Source: a virus. Taken from it: a stretch of DNA of 42,940 nucleotides. The stretch lies in IMG/VR virus record IMGVR_UViG_3300045988_008255; one strand, written 5' to 3'. The notes under the pieces are model-generated. The model saw nothing but the letters and a program-made list of their open reading frames with translations, did no database searches and was not told the origin of the DNA. Shown piece after piece: positions 1 to 8,236 of the stretch (positions are counted from its first letter, which is position 1; each line of letters opens with the position of its first letter). Position numbers and translations under genes: made by a program.

Positions 1-81
1 CCACAGGCTATCAGGGCGCGGCCTCCGCCACAGGCGATCGGGGCGCGGCCTCCACCACAGGCTATCAGGGCGCGGCCTCCG
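1..81. repeat. 27-bp tandem repeat, three units (coding, in frame)
   Basis: ccacaggctatcagggcgcggcctcc(g/a) at 1-27, 28-54 (variant gcgatcgggg) and 55-81, with a degenerate fourth unit after 82. Confidence 0.9.
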
Positions 82-293
82 CCACAGGGAAAGCCGGTGT
101 GGCGCTCGCGGCTGGCCTCGAATGCAAAGCGATGGGCGCTCTTGGCTGCGCGATCTGCTGCGTAGAACGCGACGAATGGAACGGGAAGACGTATCCGATT
201 GTCGCGGTAAAAGCTGCAATCGTAGATGGCGAAAATATCAGAGCAGATACCTGGTACCAGCTGAAAAACGGTGAATTTGTGGAGGTGGAGTAA
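1..293 (+). CDS. 3' part of wrap-around gene: 9-aa-repeat phage protein (continues from 42503..42940)
   Basis: Frame is open from base 3 (TGYQGAAS ATGDRGAAS TTGYQGAAS ATGKAGVALAAG...NGEFVEVE) with stop at 291-293. Same frame and same 27-nt repeat as the open-ended ORF at the window end. Confidence 0.6.
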   Translation, partial: TGYQGAASATGDRGAASTTGYQGAASATGKAGVALAAGLECKAMGALGCAICCVERDEWNGKTYPIVAVKAAIVDGENIRADTWYQLKNGEFVEVE

Positions 294-1253
294 ATGCTCG
301 ATACAATCTCCACGGCGAAGATGAGCCGCGAAGAATGGCTGGAGGAACGCAGAAAGTCCATCGGCGGGAGTGACGCGGCGGCTGTTATCGGAATGAGCCG
401 CTTTGCAAGCCCGTACACGGTATGGATGGACAAGACCGGGCGGCTTCCGGAAAAGGAAGACACAGAGGCTATGCGGATTGGCAGAGATCTCGAGGAGTAT
501 GTTGCAAAGCGTTTTGAGGAAGCGTCCGGGAAAAAGGTGCGGCGCTGCAACTACATCATTCGGAATCCCGCGTATCCGTGGGCGCACGCAGACATTGACA
601 GGCGAATTTCCAGCGAAAATGCAGGGCTGGAGTGTAAGACAACATCGACGCTTGACATTCGACAGTTCAACGGCGTGGAGTTCCCGGAACGCTACTATGC
701 ACAGTGTGTGCATTATCTGGCCGTCACCGGCCTAGACCGTTGGTATTTGGCGGTGCTCGTCTTCGGGCGCGGATTTTTTACATACACGCTGGAACGCGAC
801 GAGGCGGAAATCTCCGCGCTGATGGAGGCGGAGCAGCTTTTCTGGCGGTGCGTCGAGGAGGATACGCCGCCGGTTCCGGACGGTTCGGAGGCGACGACGG
901 ACGCGATCAGCACGGTTTATGCCGACAGCAGCGGCGAACAGCTTGATTTGTTCGGACGCGAACAGCTGTTGTCTGAGTATATGCAGATCAAACGTCAGGC
1001 GGCGGCACTGGCGGAGCGCAGCCGCGAGATCGAAAACACGATCAAGCTCGATATGGGCACGGCAGAGCGGGCCGCCTGCAACGGCTACAACGTCTCTTGG
1101 AAGCAGCAAAACCGGCAGACGTTTCAGCCCAAAGCCTTTAAAGAGGCATACCCGGATATCGATTTGGCACCGTTTTATAAAACGGTGCAGGCCCGGCCAT
1201 TCAAAATTACAGAAATCACGAAGGAGGATGGCTTGCAAAGTGTTTCCACATGA
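294..1253 (+). CDS. YqaJ/lambda-Exo-like recombination exonuclease (PD-(D/E)XK)
   Basis: 319 aa. WLEERRKSIGGSDAAAVIG and GLECKTTS motifs are typical of YqaJ-type viral exonucleases. ATG lies directly after the upstream stop. Clustered with RecT and SSB. Confidence 0.85.
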   Translation: MLDTISTAKMSREEWLEERRKSIGGSDAAAVIGMSRFASPYTVWMDKTGRLPEKEDTEAMRIGRDLEEYVAKRFEEASGKKVRRCNYIIRNPAYPWAHADIDRRISSENAGLECKTTSTLDIRQFNGVEFPERYYAQCVHYLAVTGLDRWYLAVLVFGRGFFTYTLERDEAEISALMEAEQLFWRCVEEDTPPVPDGSEATTDAISTVYADSSGEQLDLFGREQLLSEYMQIKRQAAALAERSREIENTIKLDMGTAERAACNGYNVSWKQQNRQTFQPKAFKEAYPDIDLAPFYKTVQARPFKITEITKEDGLQSVST

Positions 1254-1749
1254 TTTAACAGGGCTGACATTCGGACGCCTGACTGTAATCGAGTGCGCAG
1301 GCAAGGACATCCACCGAGAAAGCCTTTGGCGATGCAAATGCTCTTGCGGAAAGGAAACGACCGTTATCCGAAGCAATCTTCGCAACGGGAACACGCTCTC
1401 ATGCGGATGTTATGGACGAGAACGAAGGTCTGATGCAAACAAAACGCACGGTGGATCTGGCTCCCGCCTCTACCGCATCTGGAAAGCGATGCACACAAGA
1501 TGCTATAACCCTCATTTTAAAATGCATCGATATTACGGAGGCCGTGGGATCAAGATATGTGATGATTGGCTTTACAGCTACACAAGCTTTCGCGAATGGG
1601 CGTTATCAAATGGGTACACGGAAAATTTAACGATTGATCGGGTTAATCCTGACGGTAATTATTGCCCAGAGAATTGCCGCTGGGCGACAATGGCAGAGCA
1701 AAACAGGAACAAACGATGCCCTAACGGGCAAAAATTGAAGGGAGAATAA
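1228..1749 (+). CDS. AP2-like/zinc-ribbon DNA-binding protein (homing-endonuclease-associated family)
   Basis: 173 aa from ATG 1228 behind AAGGAGG. GLTFGRLTV..WRCKCSCGKETTV..SCGC ribbon, then YRIWKAMHTRCYNP..YGGRGIKICDDW..LTIDRVNPDGNYCPENCRW. I recognise this pattern from phage AP2/HNH-associated ORFs. Confidence 0.6.
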   Translation: MACKVFPHDLTGLTFGRLTVIECAGKDIHRESLWRCKCSCGKETTVIRSNLRNGNTLSCGCYGRERRSDANKTHGGSGSRLYRIWKAMHTRCYNPHFKMHRYYGGRGIKICDDWLYSYTSFREWALSNGYTENLTIDRVNPDGNYCPENCRWATMAEQNRNKRCPNGQKLKGE

Positions 1750-1752
1750 CCT

Positions 1753-2613
1753 ATGGAAGGTATCATTCAGAAGCAGACGGCTATGCAAAAAGCTCCGCAG
1801 CAAAAGCAAATGTCTGTCACGGCTCTTGTAAACAGTATGCTTGACAAAGACGGTATGCGCAAGCGGTTTGACGAGCTTCTCGGCAAGCGAACACCGCAAT
1901 TCGTTTCATCTATCGTTTCTATGGTAAACGCAGACAAAAACTTGCAGCAGGCATTTTACGAATCCCCTATGACCGTGATCCAGGCATCCCTAAAAGCGGC
2001 GATGTTTGACCTTCCGATTGACCAAAGCCTTGGATACGCCTACATCGTCCCGTTCAAGAATTATAAAAAGGATCTCGGCGCAAAAAAGATGGAAGCTACG
2101 TTTATTCTTGGCTGGAAAGGTATGCACCAGCTGGCGTTGAGAACCGGCGCATACAAGACAATCAACGTCGTCGACGTTCGAGAGGGTGAGTTGAAGAGCT
2201 ACAACCGTCTGACGGAAGAGGTCAAAATTGACTTTATAGAAGATGAGGACGCGCGCGATGCTCTGCCGATTATCGGATATGTCGGCTATTATCGGCTTGT
2301 GAACGGTGCGGAAAAGACCGTGTACATGAGTACGAAATCCATTGCGGCACACGAAAAGAAATTCCGAAAGGGCGAGTTCCAAGGAAAAGGCTGGCGCGGC
2401 GACTGGGATGCAATGGCTAGAAAGACAGTCTATCGTATTCTGATTGGGAAATGGGGCGTCATGTCCATTGACTATCAGACGCGCGGAGAGGGAGAGCAAC
2501 TGGCAGACGCGATTGCTGCGGATATTCAGGAAGAAGGTCTGATTGACGGGACAGTCGTTGACGAGAGTACCGGTGAAGCAATCGAAACGTCGGAGGTAGA
2601 AAATGCTGAATAA
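1753..2613 (+). CDS. recT: RecT-family single-strand annealing recombinase
   Basis: 286 aa. FVSSIVSMVN..SLKAAMFDLPID.SLGYAYIVPF..GWKGM core is typical of RecT. SD AAGGGAGA upstream. Confidence 0.85.
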   Translation: MEGIIQKQTAMQKAPQQKQMSVTALVNSMLDKDGMRKRFDELLGKRTPQFVSSIVSMVNADKNLQQAFYESPMTVIQASLKAAMFDLPIDQSLGYAYIVPFKNYKKDLGAKKMEATFILGWKGMHQLALRTGAYKTINVVDVREGELKSYNRLTEEVKIDFIEDEDARDALPIIGYVGYYRLVNGAEKTVYMSTKSIAAHEKKFRKGEFQGKGWRGDWDAMARKTVYRILIGKWGVMSIDYQTRGEGEQLADAIAADIQEEGLIDGTVVDESTGEAIETSEVENAE

Positions 2614-3058
2614 AATCGTCCTGATGGGCCGCCTGACCCGTGACCCGGAGCTTCGGCAGACGCAAAGCGGAAATTCTGTTGTATCCTTCACGCTTGCCTG
2701 CGACCGCGATTTCGCGGCGCAGGGCGCGGAGAAGGAAACGGACTTCGTGGATATCGTCGCATGGCGCGGCACGGCTGAGTTCGTCAGCAAGTATTTCTCC
2801 AGGGGCCGCATGGCCGTGGTGTCTGGCCGTTTGCAGATCCGCAACTGGGAAGACAAGGACGGGAACAAGCGCAAAACGGCAGAGATCGTCGCAGAAAGCG
2901 TTTATTTCGGCGACAGCAAGCGGGACGGGCAGAATGCTTCTGCCGCTGCACCGGCATCTTCGGAGTTCAGGCCGCTGCCGAGCACAACGCCGGTTCCGTT
3001 CTCTGCGCCGGATATGCCGCAGATGGAGATCGGCGACGAAAACGAGCTTCCGTTCTGA
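2603..3058 (+). CDS. ssb: Single-stranded DNA-binding protein
   Basis: 151 aa. MLNKIVLMGRLTRDPELRQTQSGNSVVSFTLA OB-fold N-terminus and acidic C-terminal tip DENELPF. Confidence 0.9.
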   Translation: MLNKIVLMGRLTRDPELRQTQSGNSVVSFTLACDRDFAAQGAEKETDFVDIVAWRGTAEFVSKYFSRGRMAVVSGRLQIRNWEDKDGNKRKTAEIVAESVYFGDSKRDGQNASAAAPASSEFRPLPSTTPVPFSAPDMPQMEIGDENELPF

Positions 3059-3068
3059 GGGCCGACGG

Positions 3069-3785
3069 ATGGGAGATAAAAAGGAATACGTCAAGCTGTG
3101 GCTGAGTTACAGGAGCTATTTCGAGGCGTACAGTGCTGCTGAGGTGGGGCGCTTGGTGCTGGCTGCGATGGATTATCGCGAGTCGGGAGCAGAGCCAGAG
3201 TTCAGCGGGAGTGAACGTTTCATTTGGCCTGCGATTCGACGGGACATTGACGAATCCGTAGCGGCGCAAAAAGCCGTCTCCGCGTCCAGAAGTGAGGCAG
3301 GAAAGCAGGGCGGTCGTCCTGAATCCGAAAAAGCAAATGCTTTTGACGAAAGCAACGAAAAGCAAAAAAAGCAAATGCTTTCCGAGGAAAGCAAAAAAAG
3401 CTATGGACAAAGGAAAAGGACAAAGGAAAAGGACATGGACAGTATTCTTTCCCCCCTTCCCCCCACACTGCGCGAAGCAGTTGAAAAATGGGTGGCGTAC
3501 AAGGGAGAACGACGGGAGGAGTATAAGCCTGTTGGCCTGCAAAGCCTTGTCACACAGATCACGAAAGCCGCAGAGGAATATGACGAGGCTACAATGATCG
3601 ACGTGATAACCCGCTCTATGGCCGCAAATTACAAGGGGATCGTGTTTGACTGGCTGAAAGAGGCCAGCACACGCCCTGCGGCGCTTGGCCGCGCAGCAAA
3701 GCCCGGCTACGGCGTGCAGCAGCACCACGACGAACTTAATCCGATGGAACGCGCAGCCGTGGACAGGCTGCTGGAAGGAGGATAA
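3069..3785 (+). CDS. Replication-organizer-like protein (function tentative)
   Basis: 238 aa from ATG 3069. The longer track ORF from 2640 overlaps ssb in another frame. Two globular halves are joined by a K/E/S-rich linker that carries DNA iterons. Follows ssb. Confidence 0.4.
   Translation: MGDKKEYVKLWLSYRSYFEAYSAAEVGRLVLAAMDYRESGAEPEFSGSERFIWPAIRRDIDESVAAQKAVSASRSEAGKQGGRPESEKANAFDESNEKQKKQMLSEESKKSYGQRKRTKEKDMDSILSPLPPTLREAVEKWVAYKGERREEYKPVGLQSLVTQITKAAEEYDEATMIDVITRSMAANYKGIVFDWLKEASTRPAALGRAAKPGYGVQQHHDELNPMERAAVDRLLEGG
3301..3440. repeat. Iteron-like array (AAAGCAA x6, inverted repeat AAAAGCA-aa-TGCTTTT x2, 13-bp tandem GGACAAAGGAAAA x2): candidate origin
   Basis: Read directly. AAAGCAA-type units sit near 3330, 3348, 3357, 3368, 3387 and 3396. 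Tandem 13-mers at 3405-3417 and 3418-3430. Locally AT-rich, inside the linker of the 3069..3785 gene. Confidence 0.5.
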
Positions 3786-3788
3786 AGC

Positions 3789-3959
3789 ATGAGATTTGTT
3801 TGCGATTGCTGCAACGATCTGACCAACATCGAGGCAGACCGGATGGAGATCCAGGGCGACAAGCTGATGGTGTACAGCCGCGGGCGGCTGGTCTACGTTG
3901 CGGATCTGGGCCAGATCATGCTGGCGAAGCTGACGCCGGGGAGGGATGAGGCAAGATGA
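3789..3959 (+). CDS. Small CxCC protein, hypothetical
   Basis: 56 aa (MRFVCDCCNDLTNIE...), below the track cutoff. ATG lies 3 nt after the upstream stop, and its stop overlaps the next ATG (ATGA at 3956). Confidence 0.4.
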   Translation: MRFVCDCCNDLTNIEADRMEIQGDKLMVYSRGRLVYVADLGQIMLAKLTPGRDEAR

Positions 3960-5083
3960 AAGAGAATGTGCTGGAGCGAAATGCAAGGCTGGATACCGAA
4001 CGGAAGATTGCGGATTTTCGAGTAAAACAGCAGATGGATTATGCGTTCAAGGTGAAATACGCCAAAATCCGCGCATGGGAATTCTACGATCACCCAGACG
4101 TTGCAGGTAGCTGCTACGTAGCTGTCGGCGGGCTGGATTCCATTACGCTGCTCCTGTTCCTTCGCAGCATTGGTATTGATGTGCCTGCCATCTCGGTATC
4201 GTCGCTTGAGGATAAAAGCATTCAGCTGATTCACAAGCAACTCGGCGTGAAGCCGCTGAAACCGCTGAAAAGCAAAGTGGAAGTGCTGCGGGAGTACGGA
4301 TGGCCGGTGATCTCCAAGGAAGTTGCGGGGAAAATCTCGCTTTTGCAAAATCCAAGCGAGAAAAACGCAACGGTACGCCATGCGATCATCACTGGGGAAA
4401 CAGGGGCTTACGGCGGGTTCCGCACGGGGACGCGGATGAAGCTGGCGCAAAAATGGCTGGAGATCTTCGGCGGATACGAAAATGAGAATGAAGGCGTTAG
4501 CTACAAAACGCCGGATTTTCTCGTATCGGATAAGTGCTGCTATTACCTGAAAGAAAAGCCTTGCAGCGATTATGCCAAAGAAACCGGAAGCTTCCCGTAT
4601 ATGGGCCTGATGGCGTCCGAAGGAGGGCGCAGGCAGAAAGCGTTGATGATGAACGGGTGCAACTACATATCACCTGGAACGAAACGCAGCTGTCCATTCG
4701 CGATTTTTTCGCGGCAGGATCTTTTGCAGCTTGCGCTGGATTTGCAGGTTCCGGTGCCGGAAATCTACGGAGAAATCGTGCGCGACACAGACGGAACACT
4801 CAGGACGACAAAAGCACAGAGAACCGGGTGCTCCATGTGCGGATTCGGCGTGCACATGGAAAAACGCCCACACCGGTTCGACCGGCTGTGGGAGCGGAAT
4901 CCAAAGGAGTGGGAAATGTGGATGAATCACGTAATGCAGGATGATCGCGGGAACTGGTACGGCTGGGGCCGTGTGCTGGACTATATCGGCGTCGAGTGGC
5001 GGGATCCGGAAGCCGCGCTGTTAAATCCGGATGAACTGCCGGGACAAATGGTTCTTGAAGGAATGGAGGAAGACGCGCTATGA
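3956..5083 (+). CDS. PAPS-reductase-family PP-loop ATP pyrophosphatase
   Basis: 375 aa. PP-loop-like VAVGGLDSITLL, then CCYYLKEKP, MASEGGRRQ and a C-terminal RTGCSMCGFG cysteine cluster, as in phage/plasmid PAPS reductase-like proteins. Confidence 0.75.
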   Translation: MKENVLERNARLDTERKIADFRVKQQMDYAFKVKYAKIRAWEFYDHPDVAGSCYVAVGGLDSITLLLFLRSIGIDVPAISVSSLEDKSIQLIHKQLGVKPLKPLKSKVEVLREYGWPVISKEVAGKISLLQNPSEKNATVRHAIITGETGAYGGFRTGTRMKLAQKWLEIFGGYENENEGVSYKTPDFLVSDKCCYYLKEKPCSDYAKETGSFPYMGLMASEGGRRQKALMMNGCNYISPGTKRSCPFAIFSRQDLLQLALDLQVPVPEIYGEIVRDTDGTLRTTKAQRTGCSMCGFGVHMEKRPHRFDRLWERNPKEWEMWMNHVMQDDRGNWYGWGRVLDYIGVEWRDPEAALLNPDELPGQMVLEGMEEDAL

Positions 5084-5433
5084 CAGACAAGAAAATCGTG
5101 CAGGCGCTGCGGCGCTGCCAATTTGGGGCACCGTGCGCTCGCTGCCCGGCAGTGAGCTATAAAAACTGCATGGACGAGATGCATAAGTGCGCAGCCGACC
5201 TCATCGAGCGCCTGACCGCCGAGAATGCGGCGCTGCGGGAGAAACAGCGGTGGATTTCCGTGATAGAAAAAACGCCAGAGTATGATATGCCGCAGCTTGC
5301 GCTAAATGCTGACGGGGATGCACTCATTGCAAATTACGCATACGGCGAATGGTTTGATACATGGGGGCAAGACGTGGAGGTCACCCACTGGATGCCGCTG
5401 CCGGAAGCGCCGGAGGAAGGAGGAAAGGCATGA
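5080..5433 (+). CDS. DUF551-type phage protein
   Basis: 117 aa. C-terminus WISV..TPEYD...VTHWMPLPEAPE is the DUF551 signature. ATGA overlap with the upstream gene. Confidence 0.6.
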   Translation: MTDKKIVQALRRCQFGAPCARCPAVSYKNCMDEMHKCAADLIERLTAENAALREKQRWISVIEKTPEYDMPQLALNADGDALIANYAYGEWFDTWGQDVEVTHWMPLPEAPEEGGKA

Positions 5434-5918
5434 GTAAAGCTGTACTGATCAGCATTCGCCCGGAGTGGTGTGAGAAGATCATCAACGGGCGGAAGAACAT
5501 TGAGGTGCGTAAGACGCGCCCGAAGATGGATACGCCGTTTAAGTGCTACATTTACCGTTCGGTTCAGGGCGGCGTCATAGGCGAGTTTGTATGCGACGAC
5601 ATTTTTGAAAGGATCGTCAGAGTAGGAGCAATCTGTGAACCGCCGAAATATTGCATCTGCGATTGGAACATGGACTGCACACCACTTGATACGCTTCTTG
5701 CAGATGCCTGCCTGACAAAAGACGAGCTGGAGAAGTATCTGGACGGCGGCGTCGGCTACGGATGGCACATTTCCAACCTCAAAATTTACGATCACCCGCG
5801 CGATCTATGGGAGTTTGCCTGTCTGCAGCGGGAGACAGAATTCGGCCTTGCGCCCAGGCCAATCACGCGCCCGCCGCAGAGCTGGCGGTATGTGGAGGAA
5901 GAACTATGGAACGACTGA
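5430..5918 (+). CDS. ASCH (PUA-like) domain protein
   Basis: 162 aa from ATG 5430. AVLISIRPEWCEKIINGRKNIEVRKTRP is a typical ASCH N-terminus. Confidence 0.65.
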   Translation: MSKAVLISIRPEWCEKIINGRKNIEVRKTRPKMDTPFKCYIYRSVQGGVIGEFVCDDIFERIVRVGAICEPPKYCICDWNMDCTPLDTLLADACLTKDELEKYLDGGVGYGWHISNLKIYDHPRDLWEFACLQRETEFGLAPRPITRPPQSWRYVEEELWND

Positions 5919-6397
5919 CTGAATGGAATGACGAACAAATTCGTCATGCCTATTACCCGCGCTGCTTCGAAGAACCGTGCTACGGAAGCGGGTGCAAAAT
6001 CAATGATTGCCCGTTTGAAACAGCGGCGTGTGATCGACTTGCGTCCTACGAGGACAGCAGATGTGAGCCGGAGGAAGTTCTGCCAAAAGACAAGGCTGAC
6101 GAGATTGCGTTGAAGCTAATGCGCATTGCAGATTTGGAGAGCCTTTGCAATTATACCCGCCTCCGCGAGCTTGCCGAGGCCGACAAGGACGGGCGCGTGG
6201 TGGTGCTGCCGTGCAAGGGATATTCTAGCATTGATATTGCGCGGGACGGAGTTTCTTACAGACCGGATCACTGGAATATCTACTTGACGGCGTATGCGCA
6301 TGGACAGAATACGCCAAGCGGGCTGAAAGTGGGGCTTTTTGACATTGGAGAGGTCGAACGGGCGATGCAGGAAATGGAGGGCAAGAAGGATGGCTAA
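5906..6397 (+). CDS. Hypothetical early protein (Cys-rich N-terminus)
   Basis: 163 aa from ATG 5906. LTEWND..CYGSGCKINDCPFETAACDRLASYED pattern is common in small phage early ORFs. Overlaps the upstream stop. Confidence 0.5.
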   Translation: MERLTEWNDEQIRHAYYPRCFEEPCYGSGCKINDCPFETAACDRLASYEDSRCEPEEVLPKDKADEIALKLMRIADLESLCNYTRLRELAEADKDGRVVVLPCKGYSSIDIARDGVSYRPDHWNIYLTAYAHGQNTPSGLKVGLFDIGEVERAMQEMEGKKDG

Positions 6398-6614
6398 GCA
6401 CATAACAAGCGCACAACTGCAGGAAATAATGGACGCGGCGGAAAGAGGACTCGATGAATACAACGAGGTACTGCGGCGGATCGCCGGAATCGAGGCAAGA
6501 GAATATACCTCATACCAGTATTTTGGTGAACGCGGTGAATATGTAGGCGACGACAACGAGATGTTGCTTGAAGATATACTGGATAACGCAGGTGTGGAGG
6601 TGCGCGATGCCTGA
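6390..6614 (+). CDS. Hypothetical protein
   Basis: 74 aa from ATG 6390, overlapping the upstream stop. Acidic, helical composition. Confidence 0.45.
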   Translation: MAKHITSAQLQEIMDAAERGLDEYNEVLRRIAGIEAREYTSYQYFGERGEYVGDDNEMLLEDILDNAGVEVRDA

Positions 6615-6963
6615 AGAATTTATCAGCAGAACCGAGGCGCTGAAAGACTTTGAATCCTGCAACGCGGAAAATCCGAACTGGACGCCTCAGCGTGTGAAAA
6701 CGCTCCTGCTGCGTCAGCCCGCCGCCGACGTTGCGGAGGTGGTGCATGGAACGCCGGTGACGGAAGTGCGCAAGAAGACGATTGTGGGATACCATGAGGA
6801 GATCGGAGTTTTAGCGGAAGACCGCTCTACACTTTACCGCAGGAATATGGTGCATGTGGACATCCCGTATGACTACTGCCCGGTGTGCGGCGCAACGCTG
6901 TGCTCGCGGTGGCATAATTTCTGCGGGAAATGCGGGGCGGAGATGGATGGAGCTGCCGAATGA
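6607..6963 (+). CDS. Hypothetical protein with C-terminal zinc ribbon
   Basis: 118 aa from ATG 6607. CPVCGATLCSRWHNFCGKCG at the C-terminus. Confidence 0.5.
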   Translation: MPEEFISRTEALKDFESCNAENPNWTPQRVKTLLLRQPAADVAEVVHGTPVTEVRKKTIVGYHEEIGVLAEDRSTLYRRNMVHVDIPYDYCPVCGATLCSRWHNFCGKCGAEMDGAAE

Positions 6964-7007
6964 GCGGATTGCGATTTGCTCGTGGGAGCGTGAAAGGAGG
7001 AAAACTG

Positions 7008-7196
7008 ATGCAGGATTGCTGCCTGACTTGCAAGAATCTGGAATACAGAAAGAACTACGTTTATCCGTATCGGTGCTTGAAGCACAGGGCAGAACGGTTC
7101 TCCGAGGAAGAACTAGAACGGATGTACTTTTCCGGAGAGGAATGCAAAGACTTTGAACAAAGGAGGTGGCCTGATGGGCACAATTCTGGCGATTGA
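7008..7196 (+). CDS. Hypothetical small Cys-rich protein
   Basis: 62 aa from ATG 7008, 7 nt after GAAAGGAGG. MQDCCLTCKNLEY... Confidence 0.4.
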   Translation: MQDCCLTCKNLEYRKNYVYPYRCLKHRAERFSEEELERMYFSGEECKDFEQRRWPDGHNSGD

Positions 7197-7683
7197 TCCG
7201 GGAAACACTCAGAGCGGCTACGTCGTGGTAGAACACGACGGCGAAGAGATCCGCCGCGTGCTGAAAGTCGGGAAGAAATCGAACGAAGATATGTTTGGCG
7301 TGATTGTTACGCCATATGACTTTTATGATCATTTTGCAATTGAAATGGTTGCCGGTATGGGAATGCCGGTAGGTGCAGAAGTATTTGATACCTGCTTTTG
7401 GATTGGGCGTTTTTGGGAGTATGTAGACAGCCACGGAGAGCCGCGACCAATGCAGAAGATCTTCCGCCGCGAAGAGAAGCTTTACCTTTGCGGCAGAGCG
7501 TCGGCGAAGGATGTGAACATCAGACAAGCCCTCGTCGACCGCTATGCGCCCGGCCAGCCGAATTTCGGCAAGGGCACAAAGAAGAACCCCGGCTTCTTCT
7601 ACGGCTTCTCGGCGGATATGTGGGCGGCTATGGCCGTTGCGGTCACATATTTTGATAAGTACATCAAGGGGGTAAAGCTATGA
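7174..7683 (+). CDS. RuvC-like Holliday-junction resolvase (RNase H fold)
   Basis: 169 aa from ATG 7174 after AGGAGG. ILAIDPGNTQSGYVVV first acidic motif, then AIEMV and a later SADMWAAMAVA, consistent with RuvC-type catalytic acidic residues. Confidence 0.65.
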   Translation: MGTILAIDPGNTQSGYVVVEHDGEEIRRVLKVGKKSNEDMFGVIVTPYDFYDHFAIEMVAGMGMPVGAEVFDTCFWIGRFWEYVDSHGEPRPMQKIFRREEKLYLCGRASAKDVNIRQALVDRYAPGQPNFGKGTKKNPGFFYGFSADMWAAMAVAVTYFDKYIKGVKL

Positions 7684-8021
7684 GCAAGACGCAGCGCAAG
7701 CCGCCAAGGCCGCCGATGCAGCTGACGTGCGATGCCTGCGGGAAAACGTTTATGCGCGCACCATCGAAGTACAAGGCAAAATACAATTTTTGCAGCGAGG
7801 CGTGCGCCTGGGCGGCACATGGGGAAGCTGTGATGGGCCTGGCGGAGCGCGTGCAGATCCTGATTACACGATCAATCCCGGTATACCCGGAAATGCAGCC
7901 CGTTCGAGGGCGGATCTATCCCGCCGAGAAATACAAATACAGGACAAACCGGACGGGCTACGTCGTTGCGGTAAACGGTAAGCGCGTATGTGTGAGGGTG
8001 AACGAATGCATGGAAATCTAG
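7680..8021 (+). CDS. Hypothetical protein (zinc-finger-like CDACG..CSEAC)
   Basis: 113 aa. ATG overlaps the upstream stop. Confidence 0.5.
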   Translation: MSKTQRKPPRPPMQLTCDACGKTFMRAPSKYKAKYNFCSEACAWAAHGEAVMGLAERVQILITRSIPVYPEMQPVRGRIYPAEKYKYRTNRTGYVVAVNGKRVCVRVNECMEI

Positions 8022-8236
8022 GGCTTACACCGGTGCAGGCCCCGTGTAAGGGCTGCGCGGACAGGCATACCGGCTGCCACACGGACTGCACCCGATACAT
8101 AGCATTCCGCCGGGAGGCGGACAGATACAAGCAGGAGCAATCGAAGGATGCAGCGAGATATGCAACGACACGGGGCTGCATGCGGACGCTGCACGATGCG
8201 AACCGCGCAAAGCGTGAAGGGAGGCAACATTACTGA
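7988..8236 (+). CDS. Hypothetical Cys-rich protein
   Basis: 82 aa (alternative ATG at 8006). CKGCADRHTGCHTDCTRY motif. Confidence 0.45.
   Translation: MCEGERMHGNLGLTPVQAPCKGCADRHTGCHTDCTRYIAFRREADRYKQEQSKDAARYATTRGCMRTLHDANRAKREGRQHY

Noticed and set aside
1-81. Regular 27-bp repeats at both window ends could suggest a CRISPR array
   Set aside because: The units are directly tandem with no spacers. They are in frame and encode a nonapeptide repeat within a continuous ORF, and there are no cas genes.
2640-3068. N-terminal extension of the 2640..3785 track ORF (381 aa)
   Set aside because: The extension overlaps ssb in another frame and is Arg/Ser-rich junk. A clean ATG at 3069 just after the ssb stop gives a sensible 238-aa protein.
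3451-3465. C-tract ccccccttcccccc as a phase-variable homopolymer
   Set aside because: The runs are only 6 nt, inside a coding linker (SPLPPT). This is too short to argue for slippage-based switching without population data.
732-3986. Long minus-strand track ORFs (732..1394, 1990..2874, 2459..3094, 2967..3986), and similar ones elsewhere (23993..25270, 25382..26500, 11773..12663, 13763..14431)
   Set aside because: These are shadow ORFs antisense to well-supported plus-strand genes in GC-rich DNA. They have Arg/Cys/His-rich nonsense-like composition, no SD sites and no operon logic.
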